DNA of 32,000 bases from Proteus phage ABTNLPp2. The translations under genes and the position numbers were made by a program. The notes beneath the pieces are model-generated. The model made no database searches. It saw only the letters and a list, made by a program, of their open reading frames with translations, and had not been told where the DNA came from. The DNA lies in sequence record PQ821890.1; one strand, 5' to 3'. Of the stretch, positions 8,862-16,208 are shown piece after piece; within the stretch, counting starts at the first letter, position 1; every line of letters starts with the position of its first letter.

Positions 8862-10190
8862 TCACACATAATATACATCATGACGACCACGGGTAGTACC
8901 CACGTAAAGAAGTTCTAACTTAAATTTGTTATCACTACCAACATGAATACATGGAGTATAAATGAAGCTCGTATCAACGGAGATACCTTGCGCTTTATGG
9001 AAAGTAGAACAAGGAAGAGCTTTCACTTTATGAAACTTACGTTTAGCGTCCCAGAATTCCGACCAAGGAGCTTTACCTCCTTTATTCCAGTTTTTGTAAG
9101 TATCTGCTGTTTTGGCCAAGAAGAATTGAAACTTATTCATTTCTTGTTCATCAGATATTACATTAATTTTTTCCCGAGCATATTCTTCATCATCACCATA
9201 TGTTTCTACCTCTAAAACCCAGTGACGAATAAGATGCTCTCCAGATACGCCTTTAGCACCCAAGAAAGAAGATGTGTATTCGGCGCTTAAAACTCTAACA
9301 TATTGACCGTTAGTAAATAAAGTTTCAGAGAACTTTTTACCATCAAATACAAGTTCTTTCATCAAAGGTTCTTGCATAACAATAATTTCACCAACAACAA
9401 ATGCATCTTCGGTTTCGTATAATTTACGACGAATAATAGAGTTCAATTTATCTACTGACTTATTCGTGAAAGCAAGCATCCGGTTTTCAAACAAATCTTC
9501 GGGAGATTTAACAATGCTAAAATACTGCATCATATAATCTTTTAGTGCAGTGGTTTTGGTGAATCCATGAACACCATGACCATCAGTAATTTTTTCATAA
9601 ATCCATGAGCCATTACGAATATCAGTTGCTACTTCAATAATTGGAGCATTACTTCGCATTACTTCATCAAGATTCAATTGCTCAAAATCTTTATGAATGA
9701 AGAATGGAGAAATATGAGTCTCAGTTTCGCCTGGTTCTACTGGACGAATCTGAGCAATATCTCCGATGGCAATTACAGTACACCAGCGAGGAATTGTAGC
9801 CATCAAAATTTTGAACAATTTACGGTCCCACATGGAAGCTTCATCGCAAATGAGTACTCGACAAGCCGCTAAATCTGGTACTTCTTTTTGTTCAAATAAC
9901 ATACTTTCTTCGTATGTAGTCGGGTTAATTTTAAGAATTTTATGGATTGTATTAGCTTCCATTCCTGACAATTTAGTCAGAACTTTTTTAGCGGCGTGAG
10001 TTGGTGCCGCAAGCATGATACCTGATTCTCCAGTAGAAATCAAATGCTCAATAATGAACTTAGTAAGAGTAGTTTTACCTGTACCAGCTGGACCATTAAT
10101 AGTCACATGAGTTTTCTTTTGTTTAATGGCTTCAATAGTTCTATCAAATGCTCGTTTCTGACCAAAAGTCAACTGCTCAAATGTAATCAT
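8862..10190 (-). CDS. dda: Dda DNA helicase, SF1B (442 aa)
   Basis: Walker A GPAGTGKTTLTKFI, ICDEASMWD, AIGDIAQIRPV, HKAQGISVD; matches T4 Dda in size and position. Confidence 0.96.
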   Translation of the reverse strand: MITFEQLTFGQKRAFDRTIEAIKQKKTHVTINGPAGTGKTTLTKFIIEHLISTGESGIMLAAPTHAAKKVLTKLSGMEANTIHKILKINPTTYEESMLFEQKEVPDLAACRVLICDEASMWDRKLFKILMATIPRWCTVIAIGDIAQIRPVEPGETETHISPFFIHKDFEQLNLDEVMRSNAPIIEVATDIRNGSWIYEKITDGHGVHGFTKTTALKDYMMQYFSIVKSPEDLFENRMLAFTNKSVDKLNSIIRRKLYETEDAFVVGEIIVMQEPLMKELVFDGKKFSETLFTNGQYVRVLSAEYTSSFLGAKGVSGEHLIRHWVLEVETYGDDEEYAREKINVISDEQEMNKFQFFLAKTADTYKNWNKGGKAPWSEFWDAKRKFHKVKALPCSTFHKAQGISVDTSFIYTPCIHVGSDNKFKLELLYVGTTRGRHDVYYV

Positions 10191-10486
10191 ACTACTGACA
10201 CCCTTTTAACACTCAATGTATTCAGAATCTGTCTGTTCATTCTACTTTCAATTTCAGAAAGCTTTTTAAACTTCATTTCAATTTTATTGAACCAGAAACG
10301 ACGTTGTTTGATTGTAGTTTCTACTTTTCCAACAGTCAATATGTGGTTTAGATGTGTTTTTAACTGCTCATAATGCTTCGCAGCATCTTCAAATTTTTCA
10401 TAGATTGTAGCCTTTCCAGATTCAAAGTACGGGAGTTCAAACCCATCTTTATCTTTATAGACTAACGTGTAAGCATAAGCCATCAC
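10187..10486 (-). CDS. hypothetical protein between dda and srd (99 aa)
   Basis: Tightly packed ORF with 4-nt overlaps on both sides. Confidence 0.65.
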   Translation of the reverse strand: MMAYAYTLVYKDKDGFELPYFESGKATIYEKFEDAAKHYEQLKTHLNHILTVGKVETTIKQRRFWFNKIEMKFKKLSEIESRMNRQILNTLSVKRVSVV

Positions 10487-11259
10487 ATTTTGCCTCGAAT
10501 GAGTTGTAGCATTGTTGCAGAAAGTGGAAGGCCTTTCTTCAATTTTGCTTTATCCAGACGGGATAAATTTTGAAAACGAATAAGACCTTGAATAATAATA
10601 TCATAATCTTTCACATTTATTTCTGCTTTGCTATTTTTCTTCGAGGCAGCACCAGACTTAACTGGATTGTTTAAAGGATATTTTTGAAACATATTTTTAA
10701 GAGCAGTGAGGCCGCCTTTAATACGAGCGTTTAGAGAAACTTTAACTTCATTGCTCAGTCCAGACTGATTTAAATGAGAGCGGCGAGCTTGAATATTTGC
10801 CCAAATTCGTTTGGCTTCTTGTCGGCGGTTTGCTTGAAGATTTGCCCAACACGGCTCAGTGTTCCAGTCGTGAGTACTTAAAATAAAAGGTTTAACTTCA
10901 ACTGCTGGAACTACTTTCTTATTATTTGAGTCTGCTCTTGCAACTATACGAGATGCTAACTCTTCTTGCTTTTTAACTAGATCGATTATCTCAAAATTAG
11001 CACGTAAACGATTGTATTTTAGTTTAACAGGAATGACATTACCTTCAACGTATCCCTTTGAATTATCAAAACGCTCGAGAGTCATTTGGTCTGGGCCCAG
11101 TTCCTTATGAAATTTTTCTCCCGAGTACGCGCATACGTCTTGTGCCATAATATTCATCATATATTTTAAAGAAAGATTAAAGTCTTTACTTCGAGATGAA
11201 GCACTTTTGTAAGTATGAACTAAACGTTGAGCGATAACAATTTCACGAGGCATAGCCAT
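10483..11259 (-). CDS. srd: Srd-like protein (putative sigma-factor decoy) with HNH-like core (258 aa)
   Basis: Position between dda and mod genes and length match T4 srd; contains CAYSGEKF...TLERFDNSKGYVEGNVIPVKLKYNRLR. Confidence 0.65.
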   Translation of the reverse strand: MAMPREIVIAQRLVHTYKSASSRSKDFNLSLKYMMNIMAQDVCAYSGEKFHKELGPDQMTLERFDNSKGYVEGNVIPVKLKYNRLRANFEIIDLVKKQEELASRIVARADSNNKKVVPAVEVKPFILSTHDWNTEPCWANLQANRRQEAKRIWANIQARRSHLNQSGLSNEVKVSLNARIKGGLTALKNMFQKYPLNNPVKSGAASKKNSKAEINVKDYDIIIQGLIRFQNLSRLDKAKLKKGLPLSATMLQLIRGKM

Positions 11260-11313
11260 AATGATATCCTTATTTGCTTTTTGTGCGAAGGTGGTATAAT
11301 GGTTTCAAGGATT

Positions 11314-11347
11314 ATTCTAATACACTCTATCCGGAAAGTAAACGGTT
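11314..11347 (-). promoter_or_regulatory. phage early promoter upstream of srd
   Basis: Minus strand AACCGTTTAC-N18-TAGAAT. Confidence 0.8.
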
Positions 11348-11978
11348 AGAATGAATAAAAATCCAAATGATATACAGTATATGACGGAGATAAAGGGTCA
11401 TACTGTAACTCTTCAATCTCCACTATCTCAAATTGTGTTCCAATAGGGAACATCCATTCATCTTCTCCATTGACCATTTCAAGTTTATCCAGTCTTTCGT
11501 CAAAAATAAAATCTGGGTCTATGCTGTGCATAAATTCTGTTTCTGGCGCAGCCAGAAGCATATTCAGTGCATGCTCTTGATAATTAAAAGCAAATGGGCA
11601 ATTACGTAATGACAAAATAGTATGAGTACCATATACATTTCCTCCAGCAAATTGTCTTGCTGTCGAAAAATCTGAAGTGAATGACGTAACTCGGTCATCA
11701 GCAATAATTCTTCCTATTGCCATGTTTTTCAACCAAGCTTCGGTACGTTTTGAAACTCCTCTGTAGAGTTCAACTGGAACGTCAGAACTAATATGCTTAC
11801 GTATAATTTTGTCCAGTTCTACATGCAAAGTTTTGTCAATTTTATCATTCATACACTGCCAAAGTATGCTCTGTTCAAAATCACTGAACATCTTAATTTT
11901 TTCTTCATACAATCCATAGAGATTGTTATCAACTATGTTACAAACGATTTCATTAAGCTGAGAATTTGTGTATAACAT
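11346..11978 (-). CDS. modB: ModB-like NAD--protein ADP-ribosyltransferase (210 aa)
   Basis: FSDFEQSILWQCM, VPVELYRGVSK, VTSFTSDFSTARQFA, DEWMFPIGTQFEI resemble T4 ModB; R/STS/ExE-type ART signature. Confidence 0.88.
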   Translation of the reverse strand: MLYTNSQLNEIVCNIVDNNLYGLYEEKIKMFSDFEQSILWQCMNDKIDKTLHVELDKIIRKHISSDVPVELYRGVSKRTEAWLKNMAIGRIIADDRVTSFTSDFSTARQFAGGNVYGTHTILSLRNCPFAFNYQEHALNMLLAAPETEFMHSIDPDFIFDERLDKLEMVNGEDEWMFPIGTQFEIVEIEELQYDPLSPSYTVYHLDFYSF

Positions 11979-12004
11979 AATAGCCTCCGTAGTTTACAGA
12001 AGCT

Positions 12005-12038
12005 ATCATAACACATTTTGACTGGGATGTAAACGGTT
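12005..12038 (-). promoter_or_regulatory. phage early promoter upstream of modB
   Basis: Minus strand AACCGTTTAC-N18-TATGAT. Confidence 0.85.
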
Positions 12039-12234
12039 ATTCTGTCCACGGAGCCCAAGGAGGAGGAGGGTCTAACCAGATAGAAGAGAGTTCTTCTACG
12101 AAAGTGTCGTTGAGTTTTACACCGTGCCGTAAGGCAAGAACAAAAAGCTCTTGTCTGATTTCAGCACGACGGTTGCCAAATGCTTCTGAATTTTTTGACT
12201 GGTCTTCTTCAAATAAATCAAATAAATCCGACAT
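12037..12234 (-). CDS. hypothetical small protein (65 aa)
   Basis: Coding-strand ORF directly downstream of the mrh-like gene. Confidence 0.55.
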   Translation of the reverse strand: MSDLFDLFEEDQSKNSEAFGNRRAEIRQELFVLALRHGVKLNDTFVEELSSIWLDPPPPWAPWTE

Positions 12235-12719
12235 TACATACCTCTGACGTATTTGACAGCAGTTATGTGCTTCGTTTTTTCTTCAAATCCATTACGACGA
12301 ATTCCAGTATCATTAAAATGATGCCAAATGAATTTTTCCAATTCAATGATGTGTTCAGGAGTATTTACAATAAATTTTTTGAAGATTTTTGTGCCATATC
12401 CATCTGTATGACACAAAGGTTCGCTAAAATTGAATTCTGGAAAAATGTATTTCTGGCTGAGCAAAGTTTCTACCATACCAAACGGTGAATTTTCGCATTT
12501 GTCTATATTACAATCATGAATGATTTCTAACAATGCATTTTCAGGAATTCGCATTTTCATAAACTGCTTTTCTAGATTATTATAATGCTCGTTTGAAAAA
12601 GGTGCAGGTTCACCATACTGAGTGAGAACAACTTCAAACTTTTCTCGAGTTTCTTCTACTCGCCGACCAGTTCTTTTATAGAATTTCACTACAAATGACT
12701 TTGTTTTCATATTTTTCAT
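12234..12719 (-). CDS. mrh: Mrh-like transcription modulator under heat shock (161 aa)
   Basis: Length and position match T4 mrh; similarity not verified residue by residue. Confidence 0.65.
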   Translation of the reverse strand: MKNMKTKSFVVKFYKRTGRRVEETREKFEVVLTQYGEPAPFSNEHYNNLEKQFMKMRIPENALLEIIHDCNIDKCENSPFGMVETLLSQKYIFPEFNFSEPLCHTDGYGTKIFKKFIVNTPEHIIELEKFIWHHFNDTGIRRNGFEEKTKHITAVKYVRGM

Positions 12720-12733
12720 AGTATTCTCTTATT

Positions 12734-12937
12734 TTATGACTTATCGCCATAAATGTTAGTTAAAAGCTTTTTAGCTTCTATTGAAATACGTTTAGCTTCC
12801 TGTTCATTTTGCCAATTTCTAGCGTATTCTTCCGCTTCATATTGAAGTTCTTGCTCAACTTTAGCAACCCATGCATCATCTAAATGAGTGGGTGTTTCAA
12901 ACCAATTTTTGAATTCTTCATACCATCGTTTAATCAT
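12734..12937 (-). CDS. hypothetical protein (67 aa)
   Basis: Coding-strand ORF in the mrh.1/mrh.2 region. Confidence 0.55.
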   Translation of the reverse strand: MIKRWYEEFKNWFETPTHLDDAWVAKVEQELQYEAEEYARNWQNEQEAKRISIEAKKLLTNIYGDKS

Positions 12938-13173
12938 AACCAGGATGTCCCAAAGCGAATAACAGATTTTTCACCTACAAAGTGAAAGTGAGCCTCATAT
13001 ATGACACGTAAAGCAGTACCTTCCTCACGGTAGCAATGAACAAAGATGTCTACTAAATCATACAGATTTGGGCTATTTGCGATAAACAAATGTTCATGAA
13101 TTAAGCGATTTGCAATAAGACTATTGATACCACCAACTTCTTCAACTGGCTTCATCCAGTTAGATGTTTTCAT
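12934..13173 (-). CDS. hypothetical protein (79 aa, start MKTSNWMKPVEEVGG)
   Basis: Track ORF extends to 13392, but the upstream part crosses the soc terminator and the middle promoter; ATG at 13173 follows GAGGATAAT. Confidence 0.65.
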   Translation of the reverse strand: MKTSNWMKPVEEVGGINSLIANRLIHEHLFIANSPNLYDLVDIFVHCYREEGTALRVIYEAHFHFVGEKSVIRFGTSWL

Positions 13174-13198
13174 AATATTATCCTCATTTGATAAAAGA

Positions 13199-13222
13199 AT
13201 TATATCATATCGTTTAAAAGCA
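13199..13222 (-). promoter_or_regulatory. MotA-type middle promoter upstream of the mrh cluster
   Basis: Minus strand TTTTGCTTTT then TATAAT with about 11-12 nt spacing, no -35. Confidence 0.65.
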
Positions 13223-13249
13223 AAAAAGGGACTCCCGAAGGAGTCCCTG
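13222..13249 (-). terminator. Rho-independent terminator after soc
   Basis: Minus strand AGGGACTCC-TTCG-GGAGTCCCT-TTTTT; same stem-loop as 4083..4104. Confidence 0.9.
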
Positions 13250-13252
13250 CAA

Positions 13253-13498
13253 TCAACCACCTGGTACTGCTGGTGGTACGCCTTTAAACATATCAGCGTT
13301 TTTGGCAATCCAAGCGTCTCTTTGGTCCTCTTCAAAAACGGTAGAATACGCCGCTTTTTCGGAAGGGAAGAGTTGATAATGAGAACCAGCAATTTGATGC
13401 ACGTCGGAGTAAAGCTTAAAAGCTACAGAAACTTCCATACCTTTTACTTCGCCGTCGGCATTTGTATGGTCAAACGTTTTTACGTTAACATAACTCAT
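13253..13498 (-). CDS. soc: Soc small outer capsid protein (81 aa)
   Basis: YVNVKTFDH, VSVAFKLYSDVHQIAGSHYQLFPSEKAAYSTVFEE match T4 Soc. Confidence 0.97.
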   Translation of the reverse strand: MSYVNVKTFDHTNADGEVKGMEVSVAFKLYSDVHQIAGSHYQLFPSEKAAYSTVFEEDQRDAWIAKNADMFKGVPPAVPGG

Positions 13499-13526
13499 GT
13501 AATTCTCCTTTGTTGATTACATGAGT

Positions 13527-13534
13527 ATTTATTA
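13527..13534 (-). promoter_or_regulatory. probable late promoter -10 for soc
   Basis: Minus strand AATAAATA, 7/8 match to TATAAATA, about 30 nt upstream of the soc ATG. Confidence 0.55.
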
Positions 13535-13684
13535 ATAGTTATTTAAAGCCTCTACGACATCTGCTATGATATCTTCAGAATCGCTAATAAGTTCTCGAAG
13601 AGATTGATACTTATCTTCTGGGCTTAGAGGATTTAAGCCCCAGTATTTTATTAAAGCATTTTCAATATCGGAATATGAAATCAT
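13532..13684 (-). CDS. hypothetical protein (50 aa): MISYSDIENALIKYWGLNPLSPEDKYQSLRELISDSEDIIADVVEALNNY
   Basis: Manual translation; start overlaps the gene 56 stop (TAATG). Confidence 0.6.
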   Translation of the reverse strand: MISYSDIENALIKYWGLNPLSPEDKYQSLRELISDSEDIIADVVEALNNY

Positions 13685-14202
13685 TAATATCCTCGATTCT
13701 GTCGCTCAAAGTTCTCAGCATTTTTCAGATAGTAAAGTTTAAAGATTTCTTCAGCCGACATGCCTAATCCTTGGAACATATTCAACACAAAGTGAAGAAT
13801 ATCAATCATTTCAAATTTAATTTCTAATTGGTCTTTTGAAGACATTTCGGAAATAAGACGATTGCGGAATTCTGCATGTTGTGCTTTCCACGGTTTCCAG
13901 ACAGAAGAAGCAGCCTTCTCGCCATTAGACATACCGCCCAGAGAAGTCAACAGCTCACGGAATTCGTCATCGATATAATCTTTCTGATTACGTAGCCAAT
14001 CAACAACTTCACCAGCTTTAGCTAAGTCATCTGGATTGCGGTTATATTCAGGTTTATCATTTGCTAGACGTACTTGCAATGATTTTTGCATGTCAAGCAT
14101 CACTTGAAGCGGGTCAATACCAGCATTCACAGCATCATGATACGCATTTTCTGCTTTTTCATTGCCAGAGATGAGTTGAGAACATTCATTAAAATGGGCC
14201 AT
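13684..14202 (-). CDS. 56: dCTP pyrophosphatase (dCTPase/dUTPase); start MAHFNE chosen over the track start at 14217
   Basis: MAHFNEC, DPLQVMLDMQKSLQVRLAN, QKDYIDDEFRELLTSLGG, FKLYYLKNAENFERQNRGY match T4 gp56. Confidence 0.95.
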   Translation of the reverse strand: MAHFNECSQLISGNEKAENAYHDAVNAGIDPLQVMLDMQKSLQVRLANDKPEYNRNPDDLAKAGEVVDWLRNQKDYIDDEFRELLTSLGGMSNGEKAASSVWKPWKAQHAEFRNRLISEMSSKDQLEIKFEMIDILHFVLNMFQGLGMSAEEIFKLYYLKNAENFERQNRGY

Positions 14203-14242
14203 TATATTTCCTGTCAAAGTATTAAATAGTTTAGGAGGATTT

Positions 14243-14452
14243 ATGTCTGAAAAAATTAAAACCCCAGAAAATAAAAATCTGAAGTCTCAATTCGTTGAGA
14301 ACAAAGGTAAATTAATCTTAGTTGGAGTTATTACAGCTGTAATAACAGCATGGAACTATATTATCATCCCTTTCGCATTAGCATATGGTTTTACTTTACC
14401 TCCAATTCCATTGGATAAAGTTATTCATTTCATTATGCTCGGAGGATTTTAA
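14243..14452 (+). CDS. small putative membrane protein on the opposite strand (69 aa)
   Basis: Good SD TTAGGAGGATTTATG; hydrophobic segment LILVGVITAVITAWNYIIIPFALAYGF; converges on primase with a 4-nt overlap. Confidence 0.75.
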   Translation: MSEKIKTPENKNLKSQFVENKGKLILVGVITAVITAWNYIIIPFALAYGFTLPPIPLDKVIHFIMLGGF

Positions 14453-15477
14453 ACTCCAATCTTTGAGTAATTCTTAAGGCGAAGTTGAGCCATCAAACCT
14501 GAAGATATATTTTCGGAAATATATTTTTCGATGTCTTCAACTTTCGCCCCTTCATTTTTTATCATATCATTAATGTCTTTTTCTTTCCATTGAGATTTAT
14601 CCCAAAACACAACTCTTTCGCCAGCGTCTATCAAACGCTTCATTCGCTTGATTGTGTCTTCTTTTCTTGGTTCATGGTCCATAATCCATACTCTATCTTC
14701 TTTAAATGGAACCAAATCCAAATCAATAGCTCCGCCAGTGATGGCAATAGCATTGCACAAGAACAATGAGTCTATCGGTCCTTCTAATACAAAAATATTT
14801 TGACCAGTCTTTGCTGTGTCTAATCCGTATATTTTTGTTGCATGTTCGTTTCGTTTAATTGTTATGTATTTTTGTGGGGCGTCTTTACGCAATGCTCTTC
14901 CTTGAAAACTTTCAATAATACCTTTCTCGTTAAAGATTGGAATTACTAAACGAGGCTCATTACGTTCTGTTTTATAAGTTCCGGGATTAACAGAATTCAC
15001 CAAAGCTGGCCATTCCATCGTAAAATACAAACGGTTCCAACGCGATTTTGGAATACAACGATGTTTAACGTATTTTATAATAGGATGCTCTTCTGACAAA
15101 CTATCTAAGCGGCTGCAATGAACTAATTTAATTCCTTCTGGTTCTTTAATTTCAACTTTTTTCACCTCTGGTTTTGTATCAGGCTTAAAAGTCATTTTGT
15201 CCTTTCTGAGTTCTAAAATAAACTCACGGTATAAATCAGGTTCATATTCCTTTAAATACACCCCAATTGGTTTTCCATAATCACAGTTATAACACTTCAA
15301 AAATACATCATCGCCCGTGCCATAAGCCCAAAAACGAGCTTTTAATGCGTCTTTCTGTGAGTCGCCACATACTGGACAACGACAATTTAACTTGAATTGG
15401 GATACGTTATTTACTTGACGAAAGCGAGGTAAGTGAGATAATGCACGAAACGCGTACTCATTGTGAACCCAAGACAT
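14449..15477 (-). CDS. 61: DNA primase (342 aa)
   Basis: Zn-finger CPVCGDSQKD...CYNCDYG, TOPRIM NIFVLEGPIDSLF, WIMDHEPRKEDT; same length and position as T4 gp61. Confidence 0.96.
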   Translation of the reverse strand: MSWVHNEYAFRALSHLPRFRQVNNVSQFKLNCRCPVCGDSQKDALKARFWAYGTGDDVFLKCYNCDYGKPIGVYLKEYEPDLYREFILELRKDKMTFKPDTKPEVKKVEIKEPEGIKLVHCSRLDSLSEEHPIIKYVKHRCIPKSRWNRLYFTMEWPALVNSVNPGTYKTERNEPRLVIPIFNEKGIIESFQGRALRKDAPQKYITIKRNEHATKIYGLDTAKTGQNIFVLEGPIDSLFLCNAIAITGGAIDLDLVPFKEDRVWIMDHEPRKEDTIKRMKRLIDAGERVVFWDKSQWKEKDINDMIKNEGAKVEDIEKYISENISSGLMAQLRLKNYSKIGV

Positions 15478-15490
15478 ATATTCTCCTAAG

Positions 15491-15510
15491 TGGCCTTATT
15501 TCTAAGGCCA
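15491..15510 (-). promoter_or_regulatory. hairpin just upstream of the primase SD
   Basis: Perfect 8-bp inverted repeat TGGCCTTA-GAAA-TAAGGCCA on the minus strand (GNRA-like GAAA loop), no U-tract. Confidence 0.6.
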
Positions 15511-15515
15511 TTATA

Positions 15516-15986
15516 TTACAATTTCTTAAGATTAACTTTAATGCGCTTACGTTTTGAGGGGATTTGTTCTGGACCCTTGTTGGTTATTGCTCCGGACGTG
15601 GTACCAGAGGCGATATTCTGGACACTTCCACCGGAATCACCGGCTACCATGTCCTCGAACACAGGGAGAGCATCAAATATCTCTTTCTGTTCGGATTCGG
15701 TTATATTGTATCTAGAAGCGATTGAAGACCAAGCTGACATCATAGAAGCTATTCCATTTAAACCGGGAACAGTTGACATCATTCGCTTCATTGAACGAAC
15801 AGCAGCATGAAACGGAGTATACGCTGCCTTTTCTTCGGGGGTTGATGGTCGTTTAAGCACGCTGCCTTTTTCGTCAATGATTTTTGCTTCATATGCGTTC
15901 CATTCAGTGAATGGTTTTTGCATTAGACGAATAAACTTATATGCATAAACGGCATCTATACCGTTTTTAATAGTGCTCATAAACAC
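15516..15986 (-). CDS. hypothetical protein (156 aa), possible structural-protein motif
   Basis: KPFTEWNAYEAKIIDEKGSVLKRPSTPEEKAAYTPFHAAVRSMKRMM region; basic C-terminus KRKRIKVNLKKL. Confidence 0.65.
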   Translation of the reverse strand: MFMSTIKNGIDAVYAYKFIRLMQKPFTEWNAYEAKIIDEKGSVLKRPSTPEEKAAYTPFHAAVRSMKRMMSTVPGLNGIASMMSAWSSIASRYNITESEQKEIFDALPVFEDMVAGDSGGSVQNIASGTTSGAITNKGPEQIPSKRKRIKVNLKKL

Positions 15987-15998
15987 CTCCTACGATAT

Positions 15999-16196
15999 TT
16001 AATCAATAACAAAAACGGCTTTATTTCCATTTGCGTCTGTTACTTCATAAGTATCTTCGTCATAGAGAGGTATAAACCATTCTACATCAGTATCTGACAT
16101 AACAGAAATAATATTTTCTGAAATTTTTGTCATTTCGTATTCTTCAAATAAACGAAACACTTCGATATTTGTACTTGTGCATGTTGCAGTAGACAT
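15999..16196 (-). CDS. hypothetical protein (65 aa)
   Basis: Coding-strand ORF in the T4 61.1/61.2 region. Confidence 0.55.
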   Translation of the reverse strand: MSTATCTSTNIEVFRLFEEYEMTKISENIISVMSDTDVEWFIPLYDEDTYEVTDANGNKAVFVID

Positions 16197-16208
16197 TTAG
16201 CCTCTCAT

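Noticed and set aside
13227-13248. Terminator pair as ends of a mobile element or long repeat
   Set aside because: Similarity between the two sites is limited to the stem-loop and T-tract; flanking sequences differ and no transposase or terminal duplications are present.
13174-13392. N-terminal extension of ORF 12934..13392
   Set aside because: The extension crosses the soc terminator, the MotA-type promoter and the soc 3' end; the internal ATG at 13173 with GAGG is far more plausible.
27-14000. Numerous plus-strand ORFs of 60-145 aa (e.g. 5283..5648, 5599..6036, 13124..13516, 24489..24749) as genes
   Set aside because: They lie antisense to well-supported genes, have low-complexity or shadow-frame composition, and lack consistent SD sites; only 14243..14452 lies in otherwise non-coding space with a strong SD.
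15491-15510. Hairpin as a Rho-independent terminator
   Set aside because: No U-tract follows on either strand; treated as regulatory or processing hairpin instead.
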